From an uncultured Chloroflexia bacterium (GTDB taxonomy: Bacteria > Chloroflexota > Anaerolineae > CG2-30-64-16), in contig CAVZDU010000008.1 of assembly GCA_963774265.1 (NCBI GenBank), positions 1 through 64,000 on the forward strand: DNA of 64,000 nt, given 5' to 3'. Positions 52,302-62,617 of this stretch are shown here, one piece after another; position 1 is the first letter of the stretch, and every line of letters begins with the position of its first letter. The translations under genes and the position numbers were made by a program. The notes below the pieces were generated by a model. That model was not told the origin of the DNA and made no database searches. It was given only the letters and a program-made list of their open reading frames with translations.

Positions 52302-53783
52302 ATGACGGAATACAGCATCGCGCGATTGCAGGAGCACATGTCGAGCGGCAATATGACCGCACGCACCATCACGGAGAGTTACCTGCGGCGGATTGCAGAG
52401 ATCGACCAGGCCGGCCCCAGGCTAAACGCTGTGATTGAAGTCAACCCCGAGGCGCTCGATATCGCGGACAGGCTGGACCGCGAGCGCATCGAATTTGGCC
52501 CGCGGGGGCCGCTGCATGGCGTCCCCGTCCTCCTGAAAGATAACATCGACACCGCAGACCGCATGCAGACCACTGCGGGTTCCCTGGCGCTGGCAGGCCA
52601 CATTGCCGATCAGGATGCGACGATCGCTGCCAAACTTCGTGCAGCAGGTGCAGTGATCCTGGGTAAGACCAACCTCAGCGAATGGGCCAATTTCCGTTCC
52701 AATCATTCAACCAGCGGCTGGAGCAGCCGGGGTGGCCAGACGCGCAACCCGTATGCGCTTGATCGCAATCCGTGCGGTTCGTCCTCCGGCTCCGCCGTTG
52801 CGGTCGCTGCGAACCTGTGCGCCGCAGCCGTGGGCACCGAGACCGACGGCTCCATTATCTGCCCTAGCCAGACGTGCGGCATCGTCGGTATCAAGCCGAC
52901 GCTGGGGCAGATCAGCCGCGCGGGGATCATCCCCATCGCACACAGCCAGGACACGGCCGGCCCGATGGCACGCACCGTGGCCGACGCCGCGCTGCTGCTG
53001 GCAGTCCTCACTGGTCCTGACCCGCGCGATCCGATCACATCCCAGAGCGAAGCTCCTCTCCGCCTGCAGCTCGATCCGGACGGTCTGCACGGCGCGCGAA
53101 TTGGCATTGCTCGCAGCTCCTTCGGCTTCAACCCTCGCGTCGACGCGATCATGGAAGACTGTATCAAGGTGCTGAGGGCGTTGGGCGCGCAGGTCATTGA
53201 TCCCGTCGAAGTCGCACACGCCAAGGAGATCAGCGACACAGAAACCGAAGTGCTGCTATATGAGTTTCGAGCGGACCTGGACGCCTACCTGGCAGCGCAG
53301 GGGCCCACCGCACACGTCAGATCACTCGCCGGCGTCATCGCGTTCAATGAGGCGCACGCAGATCGCGTCATGCCCTACTTTGGACAGGAACTCATGCACA
53401 TGGCCGGCGAGAAAGGCCCTCTGACTGAAGAGAAGTATCTGCGGGCACTCGCCACGAATCACCGGCTGGCGCGCACGGAGGGCTTGGACGCCACCCTGGC
53501 GCAGAACAGTCTCGACGCAATCCTGGAGCCGTCGGGAGGCCCCGCCTGGCTCACCGACTACATCGCGGGTGACCACCACACCGGCGGCAACTCGTCACCT
53601 GCTGCAGTTGCGGGCTATCCCAGTATCACCGTCCCGGCCGGCTACGCGCACGGATTGCCCATCGGCCTCACCTTCACCGGTGCAGCATGGAGTGAGCCGG
53701 CGCTGATCCAGTATACATACGCGTTCGAGCAGGCAACTCACGTTCGCCAGCCGCCGCAGTTCCTGCCCAGCCTACGTTTATGA
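52302..53783 (+). CDS. amidase (amidase-signature family)
   Basis: LLKDNIDT, GKTNLSEWANFRS, GSSSGSA, GTETDGSI. Confidence 0.92.
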   Translation: MTEYSIARLQEHMSSGNMTARTITESYLRRIAEIDQAGPRLNAVIEVNPEALDIADRLDRERIEFGPRGPLHGVPVLLKDNIDTADRMQTTAGSLALAGHIADQDATIAAKLRAAGAVILGKTNLSEWANFRSNHSTSGWSSRGGQTRNPYALDRNPCGSSSGSAVAVAANLCAAAVGTETDGSIICPSQTCGIVGIKPTLGQISRAGIIPIAHSQDTAGPMARTVADAALLLAVLTGPDPRDPITSQSEAPLRLQLDPDGLHGARIGIARSSFGFNPRVDAIMEDCIKVLRALGAQVIDPVEVAHAKEISDTETEVLLYEFRADLDAYLAAQGPTAHVRSLAGVIAFNEAHADRVMPYFGQELMHMAGEKGPLTEEKYLRALATNHRLARTEGLDATLAQNSLDAILEPSGGPAWLTDYIAGDHHTGGNSSPAAVAGYPSITVPAGYAHGLPIGLTFTGAAWSEPALIQYTYAFEQATHVRQPPQFLPSLRL

Positions 53784-53829
53784 CCGAAAGAGCGTACGAC
53801 GCACCACTCAGCTTGCAGGAGGCTATACC

Positions 53830-55821
53830 GTGAGCAAAGACAATCCATCCCTGGAGATCGACTTTCTCCGTCCATCCGAAGACACAACTCGCGACGGGCT
53901 GGAAACCTTTAGGCCAGAAGAAGTGCAAACCCCAGCATTCCCGGACATAACCCGCATTCAGACCATGCAGCGTGTCGAAGATCTTGTCGAGGCAGGCGTC
54001 GCGCCGAGCGATGTACTTCGCGCAGAAGGACCGACGGACGATGCCGACCTTGAGGTTGTGATCGGCGAGGCCAACTTTCTCCCCGCCTGGTTCCTCCAAA
54101 TAGGTGCAGAGTCGGCGGCGGCGGTGTGCAAAATCGAAGCCTCAGGGGTCAACCACCAGGGCGCCAGCGGTGCATGGAGCGGCACTGGCTTTCTGGTCAC
54201 CCCTAACGTCCTCCTGACCAACCACCACGTTCTAAACTCAATCGAGGTGGCACGCGGCGCCACGTGCATCTTCAACTACCAATACGACCGCGACGGAAAG
54301 TTGGGCGCCACCAAGAGCTACCACCTCGACCCCGACCGGCTGTTCATCACCAGCGCCACGCTCGGTGGGCTTGATTTCACCTTCGTATGGGTGAAGGACG
54401 AGCCGGGCGCCGAGTTCGGTCACATCGAACTGGACCGCAACGCATTCACGATCCGCGACTTCGAGTACGTGAACGTCATTCAACATCCGGCGGGCCGGCC
54501 CAAGAGCGTTGTGTTACAGGACAACCGCGTCCGCAAGCAGGACGAAAGCCTTGTCCACTACACATCAGACACCGAGCCGGGATCGTCGGGCAGTTGCGTG
54601 TTCAACAACCTCTGGACACCCGTCGCGCTGCACCACGCTTCGCGACCTGCACCGCCTGACGAGGTACAGGCAGGGTATCAGTACCTCAATGAGGGGATCA
54701 AATTCACGGCCATTGCCACCTACCTGGAGCAGGAGGCCCAGAAGGGACAGGCGGATAGCACCATGGCCCGCGAAGTGCTGGGCGCCATTGTGGGCAGCGA
54801 CGCTAAGCTTGGCTTCTTCGGCTCGTTGGGCCGCGCAACCCCGGCTCCTGCCGCCGATCCGCTTGAAGCGATCGTTGCCAGCTATCAAGGCGAGCTCCAG
54901 GATATTGACGTGGCCTTCTGGAACATCGAGTGGTTCAGTCGCCGCCCGGAAAAACTGCCCGATGTGGCCCAGGTGATCAAGAACATGAACCTTGATATCT
55001 GGGCCTTCGAGGAAGCCTCGCCAGCCGTCACTCAGGCGTTGGTGGACTATCTCCGCGATAAGTACAACATGGACTTCGGCATGGGAGCCTCGGATCCGAA
55101 CGCATCCGATGCTGTGCAGAGTACGACTGTGATCTGGAACAAGAACACGGTCACCGGGGAAGCCGGGCAATGGCCTGCGGAGATCAACAAATGGTTCGGC
55201 GTGCATAGCACTCAGTTTGACAAGCTTGGGCTGGAGGCAGTGGAGGGCAAGATCTTCCCGCGGCAGCCAGGCCTGTTCCACTTCACTGCGGTGACGCCAC
55301 CCGGCGCAGCCCCGTTCGACTTCTACCTGGTCCCCCTCCACTTGAAGGCGATGGACGAGGGGAGCAAGCGCAGGCGCATGGCTGCCGCCATTCTGGGCGC
55401 GGCCGTTCAAGAGATGATCACGAAATACAACAACGACGCCGACTGGGTTCTGGGAGGTGATTTCAATGCGCAGCTGGCATCGCAGGATTTCGCCAGCCTG
55501 TTCAAACACGACATGGTGGCGGTCAGTGCGCAGGATGAAGGCCAGGGTGCGTTCTCATATCTGAAACGCCCCAAGTCGCTCATCGATCACATCTTCCTCT
55601 CGGCCAATCTGGCGCAGACCTATGGTTCGGGAGACTTCTTCATCGTTGCGGCTGAGAAGACCTTGCCGAAGTATCTCAAGCGTCTGAGCGATCACCGGCC
55701 CGTGCTGGTGCGACTGAGCCTCAGGCCGGTTGCTGCAGCGGCCCCGGAGGCTGGCGAAGAGCTACCACCGGAGCTGGCGTCCCTGCTGGCGCGAATTGAC
55801 GAAGCGCGAGCGGGAGCATGA
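53830..55821 (+). CDS. trypsin/V8-like serine protease fused to an EEP (endonuclease/exonuclease/phosphatase) domain
   Basis: Protease triad TNHHVL / LDF / DTEPGSSGS; EEP motifs FWNIEWF, AFEEA, HLKA, GGDFN, IDHIF, LSDHRPV. Confidence 0.88.
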   Translation: MSKDNPSLEIDFLRPSEDTTRDGLETFRPEEVQTPAFPDITRIQTMQRVEDLVEAGVAPSDVLRAEGPTDDADLEVVIGEANFLPAWFLQIGAESAAAVCKIEASGVNHQGASGAWSGTGFLVTPNVLLTNHHVLNSIEVARGATCIFNYQYDRDGKLGATKSYHLDPDRLFITSATLGGLDFTFVWVKDEPGAEFGHIELDRNAFTIRDFEYVNVIQHPAGRPKSVVLQDNRVRKQDESLVHYTSDTEPGSSGSCVFNNLWTPVALHHASRPAPPDEVQAGYQYLNEGIKFTAIATYLEQEAQKGQADSTMAREVLGAIVGSDAKLGFFGSLGRATPAPAADPLEAIVASYQGELQDIDVAFWNIEWFSRRPEKLPDVAQVIKNMNLDIWAFEEASPAVTQALVDYLRDKYNMDFGMGASDPNASDAVQSTTVIWNKNTVTGEAGQWPAEINKWFGVHSTQFDKLGLEAVEGKIFPRQPGLFHFTAVTPPGAAPFDFYLVPLHLKAMDEGSKRRRMAAAILGAAVQEMITKYNNDADWVLGGDFNAQLASQDFASLFKHDMVAVSAQDEGQGAFSYLKRPKSLIDHIFLSANLAQTYGSGDFFIVAAEKTLPKYLKRLSDHRPVLVRLSLRPVAAAAPEAGEELPPELASLLARIDEARAGA

Positions 55822-56106
55822 GATGACTGGATTGACGTTCTGACATCCACTCGCATCCTCGTGGGTGTCCAGATCTTCAGGAGTGCGGCGAACTCCGCTC
55901 TTGCGCCGCACTCCTTGATTTCCACCCCCACTAAAGCCTCCATCAGACACTTTCCAGATCGTACTCACCCCGTCGTGCAAAAGATGACCCCATGCAGTCA
56001 AATCCTACTTGGCTGGAGACGCACCGCTGACTTTCACAGCCCTGCCCTTCATAATGGGATGTGAGGTCGATAGCGCCAAGTGCTAATAATTTTAAGGTCA
56101 AGGGTA

Positions 56107-56176
56107 TTGACAAATGTGAGCCCAAGTGATAGTATGTGCATGCAATTAAGTTACTTATCATTCACATATGTGAATG
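56107..56176 (+). promoter_or_regulatory. BMC operon promoter with perfect 18-bp palindromic operator
   Basis: TTGACA-17-TGaTAGTAT (56107-56135). Palindrome CATTCACATATGTGAATG (56159-56176); related copy TTGACAAATGTGAG over the -35. Confidence 0.7.
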
Positions 56177-56338
56177 CCCTATTCCGACGGACCTTTGTAC
56201 CATCCCTGAATTGCAGCAGGTCAGTCAAGCTGGATCGCGAACGGGTGATCTCCCCTTGATTGCCTCGCATTCACCCCACGGCGTAGTTCCGTGGACAGTT
56301 GTCCCTCATTCACTGTCAGGATCGGAGATACTGACGCC

Positions 56339-58424
56339 ATGCGACAGGCTATCGTCTCAGAACCCCTCATCGATGCGAGGCTCGGGCTACCGCCCGCGCG
56401 CCTCACAGACATGCTCTACAAGATGCACCTCACGCGTATTTTCGAGGAATCAGCCTTCGAGCAGTACGCGCTCGGCAAGGTGCACGGCACGATGCATCTC
56501 TGCGCCGGGCAGGAAGCCGTGGCGATCGGTGCGATTGGCGCCCTTCGCCCGGATGACCTGATCATCTCGACTCACCGCGGCCACGGCCACGCCATCGCCA
56601 AGGGGCAGGACATCAACACGATGATGGCCGAGCTGCTGGCTAAGGAGACCGGTGTCTGCCGGGGTCGCGGCGGCTCGATGCACATGGCCGATGTGACTCT
56701 GGGCAGCCTGGGCGCAAACGGCGTCGTGGCCGGCGGCCTGCCGCTGTCGGTGGGCGCCGGGTTGACCCTCAAGCTGCAGGGCGGCGACCAGGTGTGCATC
56801 TGCTTCTTCGGCGATGGCGCATCGAACGAAGGCGCCTTCCACGAGAGCATCAACATGGCCGCTGTCTGGAAGCTGCCGGTCATCTACCTCTGCGAAAACA
56901 ACCAGTACGGTATGTCCAGTCGGTCAAGCACGTCATGGCGGCTGCCGATATCGCCGACCGCGCGTTGGCCTACGGCATCCCCGGCGAGACGGTCGATGGC
57001 ATGGACCCGCTGGCCGTCTACGAGGCCGTGAAGCGGGCGACAGCGCACGCCCGCTCGGGCAATGGCCCGGTGCTCATCAACGCCGTCACCTATCGCTACT
57101 ACGGCCACTCGAAGAGCGACAAGCAGCGTCTACCGCACCAAGGAAGAGGTCGAGACGTGGCGGGCCAGGGATCCGCTCGTTACGTTCCGCGATCGTCTGA
57201 TCGCTGACGGCGTTCTGACCGGCGCCGATGCCGCTGCCTTGGTCGAACAGGCTCAGAAGACGATCGACGACGCCATCGCCTGGGGCGATGCCAGCCCGGA
57301 GCCGTCGGTGGAGCACCTGACGGACGATGTGTACGCCGATGAGCCGGACGTGCTGGCTGCGCCGGAGCACGTGCTGCCGGCATGGATCAAGCAAACCTTC
57401 GGCCCCGCCACACGCCATCAATCCTGACCCCGGCGCCCGTGAGATCAGCTACTCTGAAGCGCTGCGCGAGGCGATGCGCGCAGGCGCTGAAAGCCGATCG
57501 ATCGTGTCTACCTGATCGGCGAGGACATCGGCGTTTACGGCGGTGCATTCGGCGTGACGCAGGGGCTCGATCGAGGAGTTCGGGCAGGAGCGCGTGCGCG
57601 ACACCCCCATCTCGGAGAACGCCATCGCGGGCGCGGCGGTGGGCACCGCGGTGACCGGGATGCGCCCCATCGCCGAGATGCAGTTCATGGATTTCCTGAC
57701 CCTGGCATGGAGCAGTTGGTGCTCCAGGGCGCCAAGATCCGCTACATGTTCGGCGGCAAGGCCAGCGTGCCGATGGTGCTCCGCCTGCCGGCCGGGTCGG
57801 GCACCGGCGCGGCGGCTCAACACTCCGAGAGCCTGGAGTCGTGGCTGGTGAATGTGCCGGGTCTGAAGGTGGTGGCGCCCAGCACACCGTACGACGCCAA
57901 AGGCTTGCTGCTGGCTGCCATCGCCGACAACAACCCGGTGATGTTCGTCGAGAACAAGCTGCTCTACAAGGCCAAGGGTCCCGTGCCGGAGGAACCCTAC
58001 ATCGTCCCGCTTGGCAAAGCTGCAATTCGGCGTCAGGGAAGCCATGTCACCGTGGTGGCGACGTCGATCATGGTCGTGCGTGCGCTGGAGGCGGCGCAGA
58101 AGCTGGCCCCGGAGGGCATCGAACTGGAGGTGATCGACCTCCGCACGCTCAAACCGTACGATGGCGAGACGATCATCGCTTCGGTGAAGCACACCGGACG
58201 GCTGCTGATGGTCCACGAGGCGCCGCTGATCGGCGGTTTCGGCGGCGAGATCGTCGCCATGATCGCCCAGAGCCCGGCGTTCGCCTACCTGGAAGCGCCC
58301 AATCGTGCGCCTGGGCGGCGCCGATGTGCCCATTCCCTACAACCCAAAGCTCGAACGTGCCGCGGTGCCGCAGGTCGAGGACATCGTCGAGGCGGCGCGG
58401 CAGCTTGCCCGCACCGAGATTTAG
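56339..58424 (+). CDS. TPP-dependent acetoin/2-oxoacid dehydrogenase E1, alpha and beta apparently fused; several frameshifts
   Basis: Alpha: [48 protein letters not shown]. Beta: [37 protein letters not shown]. No separate start codon or RBS seen for beta. Confidence 0.82.
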
Positions 58425-58437
58425 CAGGGGAATCCAT

Positions 58438-59873
58438 ATGCCGACCGCTGTGATCATGCCCAAGTTTGAGATGGCCCAGGAGACCGGCAAGGTGGCCACT
58501 GGCTGAAGGCCGAGGGTGACGTCGTCAAGAGAGGGGACGCCATCCTTGAGGTCGAGACCGACAAGGTCACCCTGGAGGTCGAGGCTTTAGCCGACGGGAT
58601 TCTGATGGGCATTACCGCCCGGACCGGTGACGTTGTGCCGATTGGCCAGACCATTGCCTATCTCGTGAAACCCGGCGAGTCGTTTTCCGGCGCAGGTCCG
58701 ACCCCTGCCAGTCGGGCGGTTGTCGATGCAGCGCAGCCGGCGCTATCGCGACCGTCCCACCCACAGGACGCCTCCGGCTCTGGGGATATTGCGCACGCTG
58801 TCTCGGCCTCGCCTCTCGCCGTTCGCCTGGCCGAAAACCTCGGTGTCGACCTGGCGCACGTGAAAGGCACGGGGCTGCGCGGACAGGTCACGCGAGAGGA
58901 TGTGGAGGCCTACGCTGCGTCGCAGCCGTCTCCATCCACGACCGACGATGGTAAAGTGCGCGCCGTGCCAGCCGCTCGACGTCTGGCGCGCGAGCTGGGG
59001 GTGGACCTGCGCAGGGTGGTTGGCACCGGGCCAGAGGGTCGCATCCAGCCGGACGACGTACGCGCGCACCTCCAAGCCACTGCCGTCGAAGGCGCGTCTA
59101 CCGCAGGGACCGCTGAGCCCGTTAGTGTTCAACTCGAGCCTCCCGTGGCATCCGCGATGCTTCCTGGCAGTCCCGCCATCCGCCGTCTGGTGCCGCTGAC
59201 CAACATCCGCCGCACCATCGCGGAACGCATGACGGCCAGCGTGCGTGAAGCGCCCCAGTTCACGGTCAGCCTGGACGCGGACATGACCCGCTCCCTGGCT
59301 ATCGTAGAGGATCTGCGCAATAGCGATGCGGGACCTGCCGGCCAGCCACGCATCACCCTGACCACACTGCTGATCAAGGCCAGCGCCTGGGCGCTGTGCC
59401 AGCACCCAGGCGTCAACGCCGCGTACCAGGATGGACAGGTCGCCGAGTGGGATGAGGTGAACATTGGCGTGGCCACTGCCATCGAGGCGGGATTGATCGT
59501 GCCGGTGATTCACCAGGCCGATCTGCTGGGGATGCGAGGAGTCGCTGCCCGGCTGGCCGATCTGACGAGTCGGGCACGCGAAAACCGGCTCAAGATCGAA
59601 GATCTGCAGGGCGGCACCTTCACCGTGTCCAATCTGGGCATGTTCGGCATCGATCGATTTACGGCCATCCTCAACCCGCCGCAGGCTGCGATTCTGGCCG
59701 TGGGGCGAGTCGCCAAGCGGGCGGTCGTGACCGCTGATGATCGCGTCGAGGTTCGGCCGGTGACCACGCTCACCCTGACCGCGGATCACCGGGTATTGGA
59801 CGGCGTCACAGCCGCGAAGTTTCTGGCGACGATCCAACGGGTGCTGGAGCATCCGGGCTTGTTGATGGAATAA
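58438..59873 (+). CDS. dihydrolipoamide acyltransferase (E2); frameshift near 58500
   Basis: Lipoyl domain EVETDKV; two E3-binding domains ([18 protein letters not shown]); [17 protein letters not shown]. Confidence 0.9.
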
Positions 59874-59894
59874 CAAAAGGTAAGGAGCGAGTGA

Positions 59895-60980
59895 ATGTCC
59901 TCAGTACCAATGCTCCAGATTGCGATGGACTACATCACGCTACCCCCCGCGCTGGCGATGGCGATGAAGGTGGCTCCTGAGGTCGACATTATCGAGATCG
60001 GCACGCCGCTGTGTAAGGCGGTGGGCCTGGATGGCATCCGTGCCATGCGTGATCTGGTGGGTCCGGACAAGCTGATCCTGGCGGACTTCAAGAGCCCGGA
60101 TGTCGGCGGGCTGGAGGCCAAAATGGCCTTCGATGCCGGCGCCGACATGATGACTGTGATCGGCGGTGCCGCGCTGGCAACGGTGGAGTCGGCTCTCGCC
60201 GCGGCCAAGACAGCGCATAAAGAGATGCTCATGGAACTAACCGGGGTGCGCGACATTCTGGCCCGAGCCAAGGAGTGGCGGCAGATCGGCGTGGAGCGCA
60301 TGGTGTACCACCGTGGCTGGGACGAGCAGGCCAGCGACCGACAGTGGGTGGAGGAAGACCGCACGGTTATCCGCCAGCTTATCGACATGGGCTTCAAGAT
60401 CACCGTGACGGGCGGCCTCTCGAAACAATTGCTGCCTTTCTTCCAACCGCTGGCTGTGTCTGTGGTGATCTGCGGCCGCGGCATCCGCGAGACGCCTGAC
60501 CCTCGGCAGTCGGCCCATGAATTTCGGATGGAGATGCAACGGTTGTGGGGAACGGGCGGTGTTGTGCCCGCCTTTCCCGGAGGCAAGGTAGCGGCAAACA
60601 CCGCGGTGGAGAATGCGGCAAAAGCGCTCCGCTGGGGCGTAAGTGAGATGGGGCTAACCCTCACGGTCGATGGTCGCGATTGCCCAGGGTGTGACTCACC
60701 ACAACGCTTCTGCTGGGGAAGCCGCGTGGAGGTGGCCGCGCCGGCTGGCGTGAACGCTGGCGATATTGTGGCAAGGATCGCTCAGAATTTCGGACACACG
60801 CCCGCCGTGGCGCGCGGTGGTGACGGGAGTTTCATCCTTGATCCTGCGCAGCTGCCGAATACCACGCCGAACGAGGTGCTCGATTTGCTCCGGGCGGCAG
60901 GCAACGCGTTGCGTGCGCTCGGATGCGCGGTGGACGTGGCTGCCGGTGTTTCGGTAGCGGAAAACATCCTGCGCAATTAG
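59895..60980 (+). CDS. HPS/KGPDC (OMP-decarboxylase-fold) enzyme with ~130-aa C-terminal extra domain
   Basis: LQIAMD, IEIGTPL, ADFKSPD, MELTG, YHRGWD, TVTGG, GRGI; extension after LWG. Confidence 0.85.
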   Translation: MSSVPMLQIAMDYITLPPALAMAMKVAPEVDIIEIGTPLCKAVGLDGIRAMRDLVGPDKLILADFKSPDVGGLEAKMAFDAGADMMTVIGGAALATVESALAAAKTAHKEMLMELTGVRDILARAKEWRQIGVERMVYHRGWDEQASDRQWVEEDRTVIRQLIDMGFKITVTGGLSKQLLPFFQPLAVSVVICGRGIRETPDPRQSAHEFRMEMQRLWGTGGVVPAFPGGKVAANTAVENAAKALRWGVSEMGLTLTVDGRDCPGCDSPQRFCWGSRVEVAAPAGVNAGDIVARIAQNFGHTPAVARGGDGSFILDPAQLPNTTPNEVLDLLRAAGNALRALGCAVDVAAGVSVAENILRN

Positions 60981-61015
60981 CCGCAGACGGAAGGCGCAAA
61001 CACTAAGGAGGAATG

Positions 61016-61336
61016 ATGGCACAAACCCACGTGCAGATGACCGCCCTCGGCATGGTCGAGACGCGGGGACTGGTGGCCTCGGTCGAGGCTGCGGATGCGA
61101 TGAGCAAGGTGGCATACGTCCGGCTGGTGGCGCAGGAGGAGATCGGCGGTGGATACGTCACGATCATGGTCCGAGGTGAGGTCGGCGCGGTGCAGGCGGC
61201 AGTGGATGCCGGCGTGGCGGCGGCAAAGCGGGCCGGCGAACTGGTGACCGCGCATGTGATCGCCCGGCCGCACGCCCTGGTGGAGAAACTGCTGCCCGGT
61301 GGCCCGACCCGCGTCGTGCGGGCGCTGGCCGATTGA
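61016..61336 (+). CDS. BMC hexameric shell protein (BMC-H)
   Basis: [22 protein letters not shown]...[19 protein letters not shown]...HVIARPH. Confidence 0.95.
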   Translation: MAQTHVQMTALGMVETRGLVASVEAADAMSKVAYVRLVAQEEIGGGYVTIMVRGEVGAVQAAVDAGVAAAKRAGELVTAHVIARPHALVEKLLPGGPTRVVRALAD

Positions 61337-61347
61337 GAGGCTGACAC

Positions 61348-61977
61348 ATGGACCTCAGGACCTATGTTCTCATCGACTCCATGCAGCCCCAGTATGCGGC
61401 GCTGACAGGCATCCTGCTGCAGGGTGATACGCCCGTCGAGGGCATGGCGGAAATCTTCATGGAGCTGGCCCCGGCGAGCGACGTATACGAAGTGCTCGAC
61501 GCCGCGCTGAAGACAACCGAAGTCCGGCCAGGCCTGCTGCGGGTCGAGCGTGAGTACGGCACACTGGAGATCCACGGGTTCTTCCAGGAGAACGTAAAGA
61601 CCGCCGGCAGGGAAGCGCTTGTGAAGTTCGGTCTCACCGAGGCCGACCGCTGGAAGCCGGAGGTTGTCTCAGTCAAGACCGTGACCAACGTCGATCCCTA
61701 CGAGGCGCAGCTCGTCAACCAGACCAGCCGGGGCGGTCTTCTGCTCAAGGGTCAGACCTTGTGCGTGATCGAGGTGGTGCCGGCGGCCTACGTGATGCTC
61801 GCCGCCAACGAGGCGGAAAAGGCGGCCAACATCACTCTGGTGCACTACCAGCCCTCGGGCAGATTCGGCCGCCTGTACATCTCAGGCACCGAATCGGAAG
61901 TGCGCGTCGCTCGCGACGCAGCGGTCACTGCGGTCAACAGCCTGCCCGGTGCCACCCGCGGCAGAGGGGGCGCATAA
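61348..61977 (+). CDS. BMC trimeric shell protein (BMC-T, CcmP/CsoS1D-like)
   Basis: LRTYVLIDSMQPQ, VEREYG.LE, PAAY...AANEAEKAA, FGRLYISG. Confidence 0.9.
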   Translation: MDLRTYVLIDSMQPQYAALTGILLQGDTPVEGMAEIFMELAPASDVYEVLDAALKTTEVRPGLLRVEREYGTLEIHGFFQENVKTAGREALVKFGLTEADRWKPEVVSVKTVTNVDPYEAQLVNQTSRGGLLLKGQTLCVIEVVPAAYVMLAANEAEKAANITLVHYQPSGRFGRLYISGTESEVRVARDAAVTAVNSLPGATRGRGGA

Positions 61978-61978
61978 C

Positions 61979-62302
61979 GTGAAGACCTTCATTTCCGCCA
62001 CGGACATCGAGGCGCTGGCCGCACAGGGTGTGCGCGAGCTGATGGTCGACGAGGATACGGTGCTGACGGCTGTCGCCCGGGAGGCAGCCGCGCAACTCGG
62101 GGTAAAGTTGGTAGCGCCTGGAGCGACAAGCTCTGCCCGACCGCCCGCGCAACCGGCGGCCGTCTTCGGGAAACCGAAGGGGTGCCAGCACGGGCCCCTG
62201 GGTGGGGAACGCAATTCAGCACCCACCCCGAGCGCGAAGGCTGCCAACCCGGTCGTCGACCAACTGATCGGTGCTGTAAAACAGCTCTATGGGCGGAATT
62301 GA
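61979..62302 (+). CDS. small BMC-associated protein (EutQ N-terminal-like domain + linker + amphipathic helix)
   Basis: KTFISATDIEAL...TVLTAVAREAA..LGVKL; C-terminal PVVDQLIGAVKQL. Confidence 0.65.
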   Translation: MKTFISATDIEALAAQGVRELMVDEDTVLTAVAREAAAQLGVKLVAPGATSSARPPAQPAAVFGKPKGCQHGPLGGERNSAPTPSAKAANPVVDQLIGAVKQLYGRN

Positions 62303-62321
62303 GGCTGAGGAGACGCACAAC

Positions 62322-62613
62322 ATGATTATCGCCAAAGTGATGGGCGCGGCCGTCGCCTCAGTCAAGATGGACGCGCTCCAGGCGACCAAATTGCTGGTCG
62401 TAAGCCCGACAGATGCGCAGGGCAACCCAAACGGCGCCCCATTTCTGGCAGTCGACTTGGTCGGCGCGGGCGAGGGTGAACTGGTGATGGTCAGCCAGGG
62501 CATCCTCCGCACGAATGGCAGTGGCCAACGACCGTTCGCCGGTTGATGCCGCGATCATCGGTATCCTGGACTCCCTGCGCTACAACGGGGAACTGGCCTT
62601 CAGGAAGGAGTAG
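62322..62613 (+). CDS. BMC vertex pentamer (EutN/CcmL family); frameshift near 62500
   Basis: MIIAKVMG...K...KLLVV...[20 protein letters not shown]...[11 protein letters not shown]. Confidence 0.9.
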
Positions 62614-62617
62614 AACT

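Noticed and set aside
55822-56338. Small ORFs, CRISPR repeats or an ncRNA in the 500-bp intergenic region
   Set aside because: No repeat-spacer periodicity, no convincing RBS or coding pattern; only the promoter and operator are supported.
58743-59876. 377-aa minus-strand ORF (and similar long antisense ORFs such as 54565-55509 and 30721-31530)
   Set aside because: Shadows of well-supported genes on the opposite strand.
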